Positions 1 through 8,341 of a DNA stretch of 32,000 nucleotides are shown here, piece after piece. The notes under the pieces are model-generated. The model was not told the origin of the DNA and ran no database searches. It was given only the letters and a program-made list of their open reading frames with translations. Position numbers and translations under genes: made by a program. The stretch spans positions 60,001 to 92,000 of the forward strand of contig JAPZAR010000022.1 of the NCBI GenBank assembly GCA_027460535.1, given 5' to 3'. This stretch comes from Candidatus Methanoperedens sp. GTDB lineage: Archaea; Halobacteriota; Methanosarcinia; Methanosarcinales; Methanoperedenaceae. The number at the start of each line of letters is the position of its first letter. The stretch's first letter is position 1.

Positions 1-603
1 ATCATTATATCCAGCAACTTTTTCTGGTTTTTTATCCTCCTCTCATTCTTTTTATTGGGGGGGATTTTCACAAGATATAAATACAATTTCAAGCTCGCCC
101 GAGGGATAGCGGAAGGGAAGGGTGGGGTGAGGGGATACAGGAACGTTTTCAGCAATTCCCTGGCTGCCCTTGCACTGGCAATGGCTTTTAGGATATTTCC
201 GGCAAGCTCAGCGTTTTTGCTTCCTGCTTATCTTGGTTCGATCGCTACAGCGACGGGAGACACGCTGGCGAGTGAGATAGGCGAGACCTGCAAAGGAGAG
301 CCAAGAATGATAACGACACTCAAAAAAGTGCCCGCAGGTACAGACGGCGCAATTTCAAGCCTTGGCGAGTATGCGGCTTTTTTCGGCGCTTCTGTAATTG
401 CGGTCCTTGCATTCTTTTTGATAAGTAATGATACAGGTCTTTTAATTGCCGTGGCAGCAGGAGGCTTTATTGGCACGAACATTGATAGTGTGCTGGGCGC
501 CACGTTGCAGCGGAAAGGTTACCTTTCAAATAACGGGGTCAATCTTCTTGCCACCATTTCAGGATCTATCGTATCAGGAATAATTTATGGGCTCGTAGTA
601 TAG
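1..603 (+). CDS. DUF92/TMEM19-family integral membrane protein (5' end lies outside the window)
   Basis: Frame 1 is open from base 1, and the ORF-track start at 55 is a TTG, so the gene begins upstream of the window. It is a multi-pass hydrophobic protein. Motifs GGVRGYRNVFSN, ATGDTLASEIGE and GTDGAIS are typical of DUF92 (TIGR00297-type) proteins. Confidence 0.75.
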   Translation: MIISSNFFWFFILLSFFLLGGIFTRYKYNFKLARGIAEGKGGVRGYRNVFSNSLAALALAMAFRIFPASSAFLLPAYLGSIATATGDTLASEIGETCKGEPRMITTLKKVPAGTDGAISSLGEYAAFFGASVIAVLAFFLISNDTGLLIAVAAGGFIGTNIDSVLGATLQRKGYLSNNGVNLLATISGSIVSGIIYGLVV

Positions 604-662
604 TCCGGATAGTACATGGGCCTCCGGAGCCTATGACCCGGGTTCAAATCCCGGCGAGCCCG
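589..662 (+). tRNA. tRNA-Arg (anticodon CCG)
   Basis: Cloverleaf folded by hand. Acceptor stem GGGCTCG/CGAGCCC, D stem GTAT/GTAC, anticodon stem TGGGC/GCCTA with loop CTCCGGA (anticodon CCG), T arm CCGGG-TTCAAAT-CCCGG, discriminator G. No intron and no encoded CCA. Confidence 0.9.
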
Positions 663-843
663 TTCATTATCAGCTTTGAGGATGCATTTAGAAAAGGGTT
701 CTAACGAACTCAGGTATGAGAAACAGCGTGAACGCCAAACCTGTGATCGCCACGAACAACCAGAAAACATAACCCGGTAATAGCCAAGAACTCATTAATG
801 CACCTCATTTAAGAAATGAGATTCCTGCATATAAAACTTACTT

Positions 844-891
844 AAAAAAATCCGCCACGCCAAAAAAAAATAAAAAATAGTTAAAAATAAA
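844..891 (-). terminator. Oligo-T tracts directly downstream of the MC1 gene (archaeal-type terminator)
   Basis: The plus-strand A runs at 844-850, 862-870 and 872-877 read as T7, T9 and T6 on the minus strand, immediately after the stop codon at 892-894. Confidence 0.45.
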
Positions 892-1182
892 TTAAACTTT
901 TTTGAGCTTGTCTATGCCTGCTTTCTTTACATTCGGCTTATTAATTTTTGCAGGCATCCATTTCGGTTTGTTCTTCGGGGCAGGAACAAGTTCTTTCCAT
1001 CCCTTATAGATGTGAACCTTCTTGGTTCCTCTTTCTCTCAATCTCAGTTCAACCGGCTTTGATTTTGTTCCCTTGCTGCGGTTGGCTGCTTTCAGGGCCG
1101 CCTGACGCGGCTGATTTCCTGTGAAAACTCCAGTCTCTTTTCCGTTCTTTTCCCTTAATACAAAATTTCTTATTTTCGCCAT
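892..1182 (-). CDS. Chromosomal (chromatin) protein MC1
   Basis: From the internal Met the product reads MAKIRNFVLRE..GVFTGNQPRQAALKAANR..LRERGTKKVHIYKGWKE..PAPKNKPKWMP. This closely resembles my recollection of Methanosarcina MC1. The ORF-track start at 1236 adds 18 unconserved residues and would place the TATA box (1237-1246) directly at the start codon, so the ATG at 1182 is preferred. Confidence 0.9.
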   Translation of the reverse strand: MAKIRNFVLREKNGKETGVFTGNQPRQAALKAANRSKGTKSKPVELRLRERGTKKVHIYKGWKELVPAPKNKPKWMPAKINKPNVKKAGIDKLKKV

Positions 1183-1236
1183 ATTTTTATTACCCCGACA
1201 ACGATTCGTTGTCTTATCCTTTACTTCTCTCTTCAT

Positions 1237-1246
1237 TATATATAAA
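1237..1246 (-). promoter_or_regulatory. TATA box of the MC1 promoter
   Basis: The minus strand reads aaggTTTATATATA, which matches the archaeal TATA consensus TTTAWATA with purine-rich BRE-like bases upstream. It lies 55-64 nt upstream of the ATG at 1182. Confidence 0.5.
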
Positions 1247-1261
1247 CCTTGCTATGAAAAC

Positions 1262-1282
1262 AAACGGCTTTGCATACCGTTT
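1262..1282 (-). terminator. Possible stem-loop plus short T run downstream of the PUA gene
   Basis: AAACGG (1262-1267) pairs with CCGTTT (1277-1282) across a 9-nt loop. On the minus strand the stem is followed by GTTTTC. It sits between the PUA gene and the MC1 TATA box. Confidence 0.25.
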
Positions 1283-1452
1283 TGTAATTATGCTACTTCT
1301 GATACCGGTATTTCAGAAACTGAAAAATCAGATGCAAATGACCCAAAATAGTTTTTACAAAGACTCGAAAGCATCATCTGCAGAATATCCATTTTTTCCT
1401 TGATGAAGAAAAATCGAAGATAACAGGCTGCATGAGAGAAAGAAATAGAAAT

Positions 1453-1944
1453 CTAATCATCATCAGTCCCCTCACCAGATTCGATTCCGTGTCTTACCTC
1501 CACTGCCATACCTTTTTTAAAAGCGATCATTTCATTGGCGGAAAGCACAGATTTCCCTGTAGCCAGGAAGCGATCATCTTCATCCACTACCAGGACTTCC
1601 TGTCCCGCCCTGATATCTGTGTCCGCAGACACGACGTGCTTTGCAAAAGCATTCTTGCCTCTTGCCACAAAAGGTGCAGAATCGCTATTAACAACAACCC
1701 TCTGCCCCGGGTGCTTGATGAATTCATGAAGCAATTTTGCGCCTGTGATACCAAGCGTCAGCATGCCATCCTGCGCCCTTACCGTTGCTATGCGGTTATT
1801 ATCAAGGAGGATCTGACGCACCCTCTTTGTCATTGAAAACTGGAACCTCACAGTTTCAGGGAAGAGAATTTCCCCGGCGCCGCGCCCGAATTGGTAGTCA
1901 GCTATTGTCCTGACGCGTTTTAGATGAGAGATTTTAGCCAGCAT
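1453..1944 (-). CDS. Stand-alone PUA-domain RNA-binding protein (resembles the C-terminal region of archaeosine tRNA-guanine transglycosylase)
   Basis: 163 aa. The C-terminal part PFVARGKNAFAKHVVSADTDIRAGQEVLVVDEDDRFLATGKSVLSANEMIAFKKGMAVEVRHG is a classical PUA signature. The ATG at 1944 is confirmed in the sequence. Confidence 0.8.
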   Translation of the reverse strand: MLAKISHLKRVRTIADYQFGRGAGEILFPETVRFQFSMTKRVRQILLDNNRIATVRAQDGMLTLGITGAKLLHEFIKHPGQRVVVNSDSAPFVARGKNAFAKHVVSADTDIRAGQEVLVVDEDDRFLATGKSVLSANEMIAFKKGMAVEVRHGIESGEGTDDD

Positions 1945-2001
1945 GTTTACCCACTACATTCTTGAACAAATTATAAATGTTTAGGGGTCGAATATCCAGT
2001 T

Positions 2002-3456
2002 ATGGAAGCGATTACCTCCTCCCGAATGGCAGCCATCGATGCTAATTGTGAATATCTCGGCGTGAAGAGTCTCCAGCTCATGGAAAATGCGGGAGCCTCA
2101 GTCGCTGCCAGTGTGAGAAAAAAGATAAAATCAGGTAAGGTTGTTATAATAGCTGGTAAAGGAAATAACGGGGGAGATGCTTTCGTTGCTGCGCGGCATC
2201 TTGTCGGTTATGAAACCAGGGTAATACTTGTGGGGCGGAAAGAAGAAATCAAGACCCAGGGGGCACGGCATAACTGGAACGTACTTGAAAAGACAATGAT
2301 TCCATTGATACAGGTCATGGATTCAACCGGATTCGATTCGACCCTGCTGAAAAATGCAGATATCATAATAGACGGGATTTTCGGGACCGGCGTGAAAGGC
2401 AAAATACATGAGCCGGAGTCAACGGTGATCGATATCATCAATGAATCGGATGCTTTTGTGATATCTGTGGATGTACCATCTGGTTTTGACCCTGACGGAG
2501 GCGAGTTTGAGAAGTGCGTCCATGCTGATATAACCCTCACCTTCCATAAGATGAAAGCTGGCATGCTTGCCCCGGACGCTCGTCAATATACTGGTAAGAT
2601 CGAGGTGGTGGATATAGGAATTCCAGTTGAGGCTGAATTCTTTGTCGGGCCCGGAGATATTGAACCCTTCCAGAAAAGACCGGCGATAAGCCATAAAGGG
2701 GATGCGGGGAGAATTCTGGTTATAGGCGGCGGCGCGTATTCCGGAGCTCCTGCGCTATGTGCCCTTGGAGCACTGAGGGCGGGGGCTGATATTGTTACAG
2801 TTGCAGCGCCAAGAAACGTATCTGATATAATCGCTTCTTTTTCCCCGAATCTTATCGTACGGTCACTTTCCAGTGATAGATTAGTTGAAGACGATGTTCC
2901 GGTCATTTCAGAGCTTATAAAAAGGCACGATGTTGTGGTCATGGGAATGGGCCTTGGAACTTCGGATGAGACACTCTCGGCTGTTAGAAAAATAATCCCG
3001 CTCTGCGGGAAAGCGGTCATCGATGCCGATGCGCTCAGACCCTTTATTATCCCGCTTCTCCATAAGAACATCATAATTACCCCGCATGCGGGTGAAATGA
3101 AACGGGTTTCATGGATGGATGTTCCCAAAAACGAAAACGAAAAAGCCGAGTTCGTGAAGAATTTTGCGAAAAAAAATCAATTGAACGTGTTACTAAAAGG
3201 CGCTGTGGATATGATTTCGGATGGGGTTGAGGTTCGCGCCAACAGGACGGGAAATCCGGGCATGACCGTTGGAGGCACAGGAGATGTGCTTGCTGGTTTG
3301 ACGGGTGCTCTTTTTGCAGAACACGATGCTTTTGAGGCTGCTTGTGCCGCAGCGTTCATTAATGGCACAGCTGGCGATCTCGCATTCATTGAATACGGGT
3401 TTGGCCTTCTGGCTACAGACGTGGTGGATAATATACCCAAGGTGATGAAAGCATGA
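2002..3456 (+). CDS. nnr: Bifunctional NAD(P)H-hydrate repair enzyme (YjeF-N epimerase plus ADP-dependent dehydratase)
   Basis: 484 aa. The N-terminal GKGNNGGDAFVAARHL motif indicates YjeF_N. The C-terminal carbohydrate-kinase fold carries GDAGRILVIGGG and GGTGDVLAGLTGAL motifs. Confidence 0.92.
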   Translation: MEAITSSRMAAIDANCEYLGVKSLQLMENAGASVAASVRKKIKSGKVVIIAGKGNNGGDAFVAARHLVGYETRVILVGRKEEIKTQGARHNWNVLEKTMIPLIQVMDSTGFDSTLLKNADIIIDGIFGTGVKGKIHEPESTVIDIINESDAFVISVDVPSGFDPDGGEFEKCVHADITLTFHKMKAGMLAPDARQYTGKIEVVDIGIPVEAEFFVGPGDIEPFQKRPAISHKGDAGRILVIGGGAYSGAPALCALGALRAGADIVTVAAPRNVSDIIASFSPNLIVRSLSSDRLVEDDVPVISELIKRHDVVVMGMGLGTSDETLSAVRKIIPLCGKAVIDADALRPFIIPLLHKNIIITPHAGEMKRVSWMDVPKNENEKAEFVKNFAKKNQLNVLLKGAVDMISDGVEVRANRTGNPGMTVGGTGDVLAGLTGALFAEHDAFEAACAAAFINGTAGDLAFIEYGFGLLATDVVDNIPKVMKA

Positions 3457-3623
3457 AAGAGATCCTTACTGACATAGAGCGTAACAGGATAAGAATTGTG
3501 ATTAGATATGATGAAGACGAGATAGTTATAAGGTTAAAAATTAATGAGGCCCTGGAGCTATCTGGAAAACTGACCGAGCTGATCTCAGATTTTGAGAAAA
3601 GGAAAAAAGTCAGGATAGATTGA
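3453..3623 (+). CDS. Small hypothetical protein (56 aa), absent from the ORF track
   Basis: I translated it by hand as MKEILTDIERNRIRIVIRYDEDEIVIRLKINEALELSGKLTELISDFEKRKKVRID. Its ATG overlaps the nnr stop (ATGA at 3453-3456). Its TGA at 3621-3623 abuts the moaC ATG at 3624, so it exactly fills the gap between the two genes. Confidence 0.45.
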   Translation: MKEILTDIERNRIRIVIRYDEDEIVIRLKINEALELSGKLTELISDFEKRKKVRID

Positions 3624-4103
3624 ATGATGTTTTCACACATTCAGGACGGCAGGGCAAGAATGGTCGATATCAGCGATAAACAGGATGTTGCCAGACGCGC
3701 CGTAGCTTCCGGGGAAATAAAATTAAAGCCCGAGACGCTTGCGGCCATCGAGAACAGGCGAATTGAGAAAGGGGAAGTGCTTGAAACTGCCAGGATCGCT
3801 GCTATCATGGCGGTCAAGCAGACACCCTTAATGATCCCCATGTGTCACCAGATCCCCATAACAAGCATTGACGTGAGATTCGAAACATTTGAATCTACCA
3901 TCAAAGCCATCGTCGAAGTCAAATCAACGGGTAAAACAGGTGTTGAGATGGAGGCGCTCAACGGTGTCAGTACCGCTCTCCTGACGATATGGGATATGGT
4001 TAAATCCGCGGAAAAAGATGAAACCGGTAATTACCCTGTTACTGCAATAAAAAATATAATGGTTCTGGAAAAATCAAAATCAGATCCCCATAGCAAGCAT
4101 TGA
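3624..4103 (+). CDS. moaC: Cyclic pyranopterin monophosphate synthase MoaC
   Basis: 159 aa. Contains conserved MoaC blocks: [34 protein letters not shown] and [24 protein letters not shown]. The last ~7 codons are read from the start of a tandem duplicate (see the pseudogene feature). Confidence 0.9.
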   Translation: MMFSHIQDGRARMVDISDKQDVARRAVASGEIKLKPETLAAIENRRIEKGEVLETARIAAIMAVKQTPLMIPMCHQIPITSIDVRFETFESTIKAIVEVKSTGKTGVEMEALNGVSTALLTIWDMVKSAEKDETGNYPVTAIKNIMVLEKSKSDPHSKH

Positions 4104-4319
4104 CGTGGGATTCGAAACATTTGAATCTACGACCAAAGCCATCGTCGAAGTCAAATCAACAGGTAAGACAGTTGTTAAAACGGAGGCGCCGTAATACCGC
4201 TCTCCTGACGATGTGGGATATGATTAAAACCGCTAAAAAGATGAACCGGGAATTCCCCTGACACTCAATTAAAAAATATAGTTGTTCTGGAAAAATCAAA
4301 ACAAAATCGAAAATCTTAA
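4081..4319 (+). pseudogene. Decayed tandem duplicate of the 3' part of moaC (copy of 3849-4080)
   Basis: Sequence from 4081 repeats 3849 onward with a 232-bp period. It has only a handful of substitutions over the first ~95 nt, then more substitutions, a short deletion and in-frame stops. Its tail reads LEKSKQNRKS-stop at 4317-4319, which is probably the ancestral MoaC C-terminus. Confidence 0.8.
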
Positions 4320-4499
4320 AAGGTGTAGTGATTAGGTATCTAATTAAAACGATGGGTCGAAGGAGACTGAGGGTACTAAAGGCGTTAGACACCTAATCCT
4401 ACTACAATATTCATTATGATTTTAATAGTATTTAATATTTACGCTTATATTATATGGTGTATATAATTATTATTATCATCATCACAAGCACGTCAATAA

Positions 4500-5744
4500 T
4501 TATATACGTGTGCTCCGTGTGAGCTCGCCTGCTATGCTTATGCGCATCAATTCTTTCACTTTTTTCATGTCCTGGGTCTGTCCGAGCACCCACATGAGTT
4601 TTACGAGGGCTACTTCAGGCAGCATATCTTCGCCTTCGATCGCACCGGCCTTCAGTATGTCCCTACCTGTGTCATAGACACGGTCGCAGACCCTTCCGTT
4701 GATGCACTGCGATGTCATCACTACTGGTATTCCGGCTTCCGTGGCGTTCCTTATCATAGGGACCCAATCGGTCGAGACGTGACCAAGGCCAGTTCCTTCA
4801 ATGACAATCCCTTTATAACCACTACCGCTGTGGAACAGAAGCGATTCGCTGCTCGCGCCTGTAACATATTTTATCAAAGCGCATTTCGGTTCAAGTTTAT
4901 CATGAAGAGCCAGTTTTTTCTCTCCCCGCTTTGCGTATTTAGATAATATTTTTATCTCGCGGGATGGATATTCCACACGTCCTATGGGTCTGGCATTTAT
5001 GGACTGGAAAGCGTCGCGCCTGGATGTGTGCATCTTCCTCACTTTCGTTCCTCTATGGATATGGCAGAAATCGTCACTCGTTGAGCCGTGCATTACCACG
5101 CAGACCTCCGCGATGTCGCTTGTAGCTACAACTGCGGCGCATATTGCGTTCATGGCATTGTCGCTGCTCGGCCTGTCTGCGCTTCGCTGGGAACCCACAA
5201 GGACGATTGGGACAGGGGTTTCGATCATGAAAGACAGGGCTGCAGCGGTGTACATCATGGTATCCGTGCCATGTGTGATGATTATGCCCTCCGCTCCGTT
5301 CTTGATCTCTTCATGCACTGCGCGCGCAAGCTCGATCCAGTAGGAAGGGCGCATGTTCTCGCTCAGTATGCTGTAGATCATCCGGCAGTTGTAGTTGGCT
5401 ATTTCCTCAAGCCCGGGGATGGCGCGCAGGATATCCTCTGCAGAGAACTGCGATGTGACAGCGCCCGTGCGGTAGTCTATCTTGCTTGCAATGGTACCGC
5501 CCGTGGAAAGGATCGAGATGTTTGGGAGTTCTTCATTTCTTTTTTTACATGGTTGAGAAAGGGCTCCCTGGATCATTTTCTCTTCTTTTCTTTTAAGAAG
5601 GGTTACAGTGGCCCGCCTTATCCCCATATTATATCCATTTTTCAATTTTAATACTATACTGCCTGTCTGGGAAGGCATAAGGGTACCTTCATATTTCATG
5701 CCTTTTGATTCAACGCGAACCAGATCGCCTTCTTCTGCCTGCAT
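4500..5744 (-). CDS. gatD: Glutamyl-tRNA(Gln) amidotransferase subunit D
   Basis: 414 aa. It has an N-terminal GatD-specific domain followed by an asparaginase-like domain with [19 protein letters not shown] and HGTDTM motifs, which is the archaeal GatD architecture. Confidence 0.93.
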   Translation of the reverse strand: MQAEEGDLVRVESKGMKYEGTLMPSQTGSIVLKLKNGYNMGIRRATVTLLKRKEEKMIQGALSQPCKKRNEELPNISILSTGGTIASKIDYRTGAVTSQFSAEDILRAIPGLEEIANYNCRMIYSILSENMRPSYWIELARAVHEEIKNGAEGIIITHGTDTMMYTAAALSFMIETPVPIVLVGSQRSADRPSSDNAMNAICAAVVATSDIAEVCVVMHGSTSDDFCHIHRGTKVRKMHTSRRDAFQSINARPIGRVEYPSREIKILSKYAKRGEKKLALHDKLEPKCALIKYVTGASSESLLFHSGSGYKGIVIEGTGLGHVSTDWVPMIRNATEAGIPVVMTSQCINGRVCDRVYDTGRDILKAGAIEGEDMLPEVALVKLMWVLGQTQDMKKVKELMRISIAGELTRSTRI

Positions 5745-5828
5745 AATCCTCTGTTCATATCAGTTGAGGATAAAAAACTTTCTTAAATGCAAGATTAAAT
5801 ATGCCAGGAATAATATCAGACATATATT

Positions 5829-7259
5829 ATGGGCAGGATCGAAAAAGACAGCCTCGGCGAGATAGAAGTCCCGGATGACGTGCTCTACGGCGCTTTTACG
5901 ACGCGGGCTTCCAAAAATTTCCAGATAAGCGGACTGAAAGCAAAACCGGAGTTCATCAAATCCATAGCGCTGGTAAAGAAAGCGGCTGCACTTACGAATA
6001 TGAAACTCGGGATGCTAGACAAAAAACTCGGGAATGCAATTGTGGAGGCGGCCAGTGAGGTTATAGATGGGAAATTCAGGGATCAGTTCATCCTCGACGT
6101 TTTCCAGGCAGGAGCAGGCACCCCATTCAACATGAACGCCAATGAGGTCATTGCCAATGTTGCGATAAAAAAATTGGGCGGGAAGCCGGGAAACTACCAC
6201 ATCATACATCCGAATAACCACGTGAATATGGCGCAGTCATCCAACGATGTAATTCCAAGCTCTATCAGATTGAGCGTGCTTTTATCTCTTCCACCTCTTA
6301 TCCGGGAAATGGAAGAAATGTCAACTGCTTTTCGAGCAAAGGGAAAGGAATATGCAGGCGTGATCAAGGTGGGAAGAACTCATCTTGAGGATGCAGTGCC
6401 GATACGGTACGACCAGGTGTTCGCTGGATATGCAACAGCAATCGAAAAATGTGCCGAGAGAATAAGAAATGCCAAAAAAAGCATGCTTGAGCTCGGCATC
6501 GGCGGCACTGCTGTAGGGACAGGGATAAATTCACATCCGGATTTCAAGAAGACTATTATTTTAGAATTGAACAAACTGACAGGTCTGGAATTTCATGAGG
6601 GGAACAGCGTGATGCTCTCATGGAGCATGACTGGTTTTGTAGAGATGTCCGGAGCTTTGCGGATTTTGGCAATAGATCTAAATAAGATATCAAATGATCT
6701 GCGCCTGCTTAATTCGGGGCCAAAGACCGGGATATCGGAGATAGTATTACCTGAGGTCGAGCCAGGGTCTTCCATAATGCCGGGGAAAATAAATCCCTCC
6801 ATTCCAGAAGATGTTAATATGGTATGTTTCCAGGTTATGGGCAATGATAATGCCGTAGCGCTTGCGGCGGAGGCAGGACAGCTCGAACTGAACGTGATGA
6901 CCCCGCTTATTGTATTTGATCTATTATGGAGTATCGAGCTTTTGACCAACGCCAGCAGGATGCTTCGAGAAAAGTGCATATCCGGAATAGTGGTTGATGA
7001 GAGAAGATGCAAAGAGCTTCTCGAGAACAGCCAGGCCCTGGCAACTGTTCTCAATCCGTATATCGGATATGAGAACGTGGCAGAGCTCGTGAAGGCAGCG
7101 CTTGCAGAGAATAAGTCCATGAAGGAGTTGCTCCTTGAAAAGGGTTTGATCCCTGAAAAGTATCTGGCCGAGATCCTTGATCCCATGAAAATGACGGAAC
7201 CGGGAGTTATAGACAAGAAAATAATTGAAAAAATCAGAGAATACAGGAAAAAAAGTTGA
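5829..7259 (+). CDS. aspA: Class II fumarase/aspartase-family lyase, most like aspartate ammonia-lyase
   Basis: 476 aa with the GSSIMPGKINP signature loop. The following segment SIPEDVNMVCFQVMGND resembles AspA (VVPEVVNQVCFKVIGND in my recollection) more than FumC. The family call is firm; the substrate call is less so. Confidence 0.8.
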   Translation: MGRIEKDSLGEIEVPDDVLYGAFTTRASKNFQISGLKAKPEFIKSIALVKKAAALTNMKLGMLDKKLGNAIVEAASEVIDGKFRDQFILDVFQAGAGTPFNMNANEVIANVAIKKLGGKPGNYHIIHPNNHVNMAQSSNDVIPSSIRLSVLLSLPPLIREMEEMSTAFRAKGKEYAGVIKVGRTHLEDAVPIRYDQVFAGYATAIEKCAERIRNAKKSMLELGIGGTAVGTGINSHPDFKKTIILELNKLTGLEFHEGNSVMLSWSMTGFVEMSGALRILAIDLNKISNDLRLLNSGPKTGISEIVLPEVEPGSSIMPGKINPSIPEDVNMVCFQVMGNDNAVALAAEAGQLELNVMTPLIVFDLLWSIELLTNASRMLREKCISGIVVDERRCKELLENSQALATVLNPYIGYENVAELVKAALAENKSMKELLLEKGLIPEKYLAEILDPMKMTEPGVIDKKIIEKIREYRKKS

Positions 7260-7265
7260 GAACTA

Positions 7266-7760
7266 TTATTTGATTACATCGACGAGCGCAACTCTTTCAA
7301 GAACAAGCTCGGGGATTTTTTCTTCTCCCACAGCTTTTATTTCTTCATCAGTGATATTGAAGGCTTGCATGATTGCCTCTTTCTTGGATTCGTGATACTG
7401 AAGTACGGGTTTTGGCATTATTTCATCGAATTCAGAAAAATCAGGTTTTTCCCCGATTGCCACAAGGACTATGTTATTTTCTCCTTTGTGTATCCCCAGT
7501 CTCATCGCTTTATTTATCTGGCGCGTTCCTGAAACATAGAGCATTATTTCTTTGGAAAGGTCGTTCGCAATATTTCTTTTGTTCTCAAATGAGTTGATAG
7601 CCTTCTTGACAGCGAACCTGACATGCTCTTCTCCGGCCAGCTTATCTGCATCAAACGCCTGGATCGTGATGTTTTTCTCTTTACTTATCTTCTTAAGCTT
7701 ATTTAGGAATTCATCCAGACCTTCTATAAATACTGTGCCTTCGAGGATTTGTATCATCAA
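7266..7760 (-). CDS. cgi121: KEOPS complex subunit Cgi121
   Basis: 164 aa. Blocks QAFDADKLAGEEHVRFAVKKA, EIMLYVSGTRQINKAMRLGI and VLERVALVDV line up with my recollection of archaeal Cgi121 (Methanocaldococcus type). Confidence 0.8.
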   Translation of the reverse strand: MMIQILEGTVFIEGLDEFLNKLKKISKEKNITIQAFDADKLAGEEHVRFAVKKAINSFENKRNIANDLSKEIMLYVSGTRQINKAMRLGIHKGENNIVLVAIGEKPDFSEFDEIMPKPVLQYHESKKEAIMQAFNITDEEIKAVGEEKIPELVLERVALVDVIK

Positions 7761-7834
7761 GCTCTAAATGGGGTTTTTCATGAAAAAGATAGCGATGGGC
7801 AAAATAGTTATGGTTTGCAGCCTGTGTCTATTGC

Positions 7835-8341
7835 ATGAGATTTGAAGACATTATCAAACAAATAAAAAACGTCAGCAAAGCGGAAATAAAACGGGTCGCT
7901 CCGACCGATTGCAATGAGACAAAAGAAATTATTAGAACCCCAAACCCGATAGACCTGTACGAGAAAATGGTAGCAGGCTATTTGACATCTCTTTGCGCTG
8001 AGTCTATGTATCCTGAGACCTTTCATCTTGAACAGGATGGTCTTGATTATGTTGGGCTTGAACTCGAAAAAGGTTTTATCGAAGTCGGAATAGCCGCAAA
8101 CAACCTTGGTTCGTGTATGAAAGGCGGAAAAATAATGGTAAAAAAGGCAGGTAGCGAAACCGGAAGCTCCATGGCAGGTGGGGAAATAATCGCTGATGAG
8201 ATCAAAAGCATCGGCAATACCATAGGCGGAAGAATAACTGCGAAAAAGGTGGACAGTATCTCAAGATCTCAGGGTGCAGAAATTCTGATAAACGGGATCA
8301 AATTCAAACGCAGCATTCTTGATAGGTTATTCGGTAAATGA
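7835..8341 (+). CDS. Hypothetical protein with GXGXG-type beta-helix repeats (like FwdC or the GltB C-terminus)
   Basis: 168 aa. The C-terminal half has repeated G..M.GG.I units (NLGSCMKGGKIMV, GSSMAGGEIIA, GNTIGGRITA). The N-terminal ~80 aa have no recognisable family. Confidence 0.55.
   Translation: MRFEDIIKQIKNVSKAEIKRVAPTDCNETKEIIRTPNPIDLYEKMVAGYLTSLCAESMYPETFHLEQDGLDYVGLELEKGFIEVGIAANNLGSCMKGGKIMVKKAGSETGSSMAGGEIIADEIKSIGNTIGGRITAKKVDSISRSQGAEILINGIKFKRSILDRLFGK

Noticed and set aside
585-770. 61-aa ORF on the minus strand covering the tRNA region
   Set aside because: It is the reverse complement of a well-folding tRNA-Arg, and nothing about it supports coding.
804-820. Perfect 7-bp hairpin CTCATTT-AAG-AAATGAG between the tRNA and the MC1 gene, and the idea that the tRNA-Arg 3' flank is an integration site
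   Set aside because: No integrase, no direct repeat of the tRNA 3' end and no foreign genes are nearby. The hairpin is short and AT-rich and may simply belong to the MC1 termination region.
1121-1836. Plus-strand ORFs 1121-1351, 1209-1403, 1432-1836 and 1535-1729
   Set aside because: They overlap the MC1 gene and its promoter or run antisense to the PUA gene. They have no start signals or recognisable motifs.
2583-3128. Long antisense ORFs inside well-supported genes: 2583-3128 (-), 5088-5651 (+), 4984-5343 (+), 6593-7216 (-), 12814-13356 (-), 15608-16090 (-), 8815-9313 (+), 9648-9983 (+)
   Set aside because: Each lies fully inside a gene with strong family motifs on the other strand. Their products are low-complexity, Ser/Pro/Arg-rich sequences typical of shadow frames.
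4156-4392. 78-aa minus-strand ORF after moaC
   Set aside because: It lies antisense within the decayed moaC duplicate and the AT-rich spacer. The duplication relic explains the sequence better.
4488-4513. Imperfect hairpin GCACGT..ACGTGTGC straddling the gatD stop codon
   Set aside because: It has only ~5-6 bp with a wobble and an AT-rich 12-nt loop, and no T run follows on the gatD strand. It is too weak to call a terminator.
8327-8341. 15-nt convergent overlap of two CDS 3' ends as a sign of mis-annotation
   Set aside because: I verified both stop codons directly in the sequence, and both C-termini look native; the ferredoxin motif is complete before the overlap. The overlap is accepted as real.
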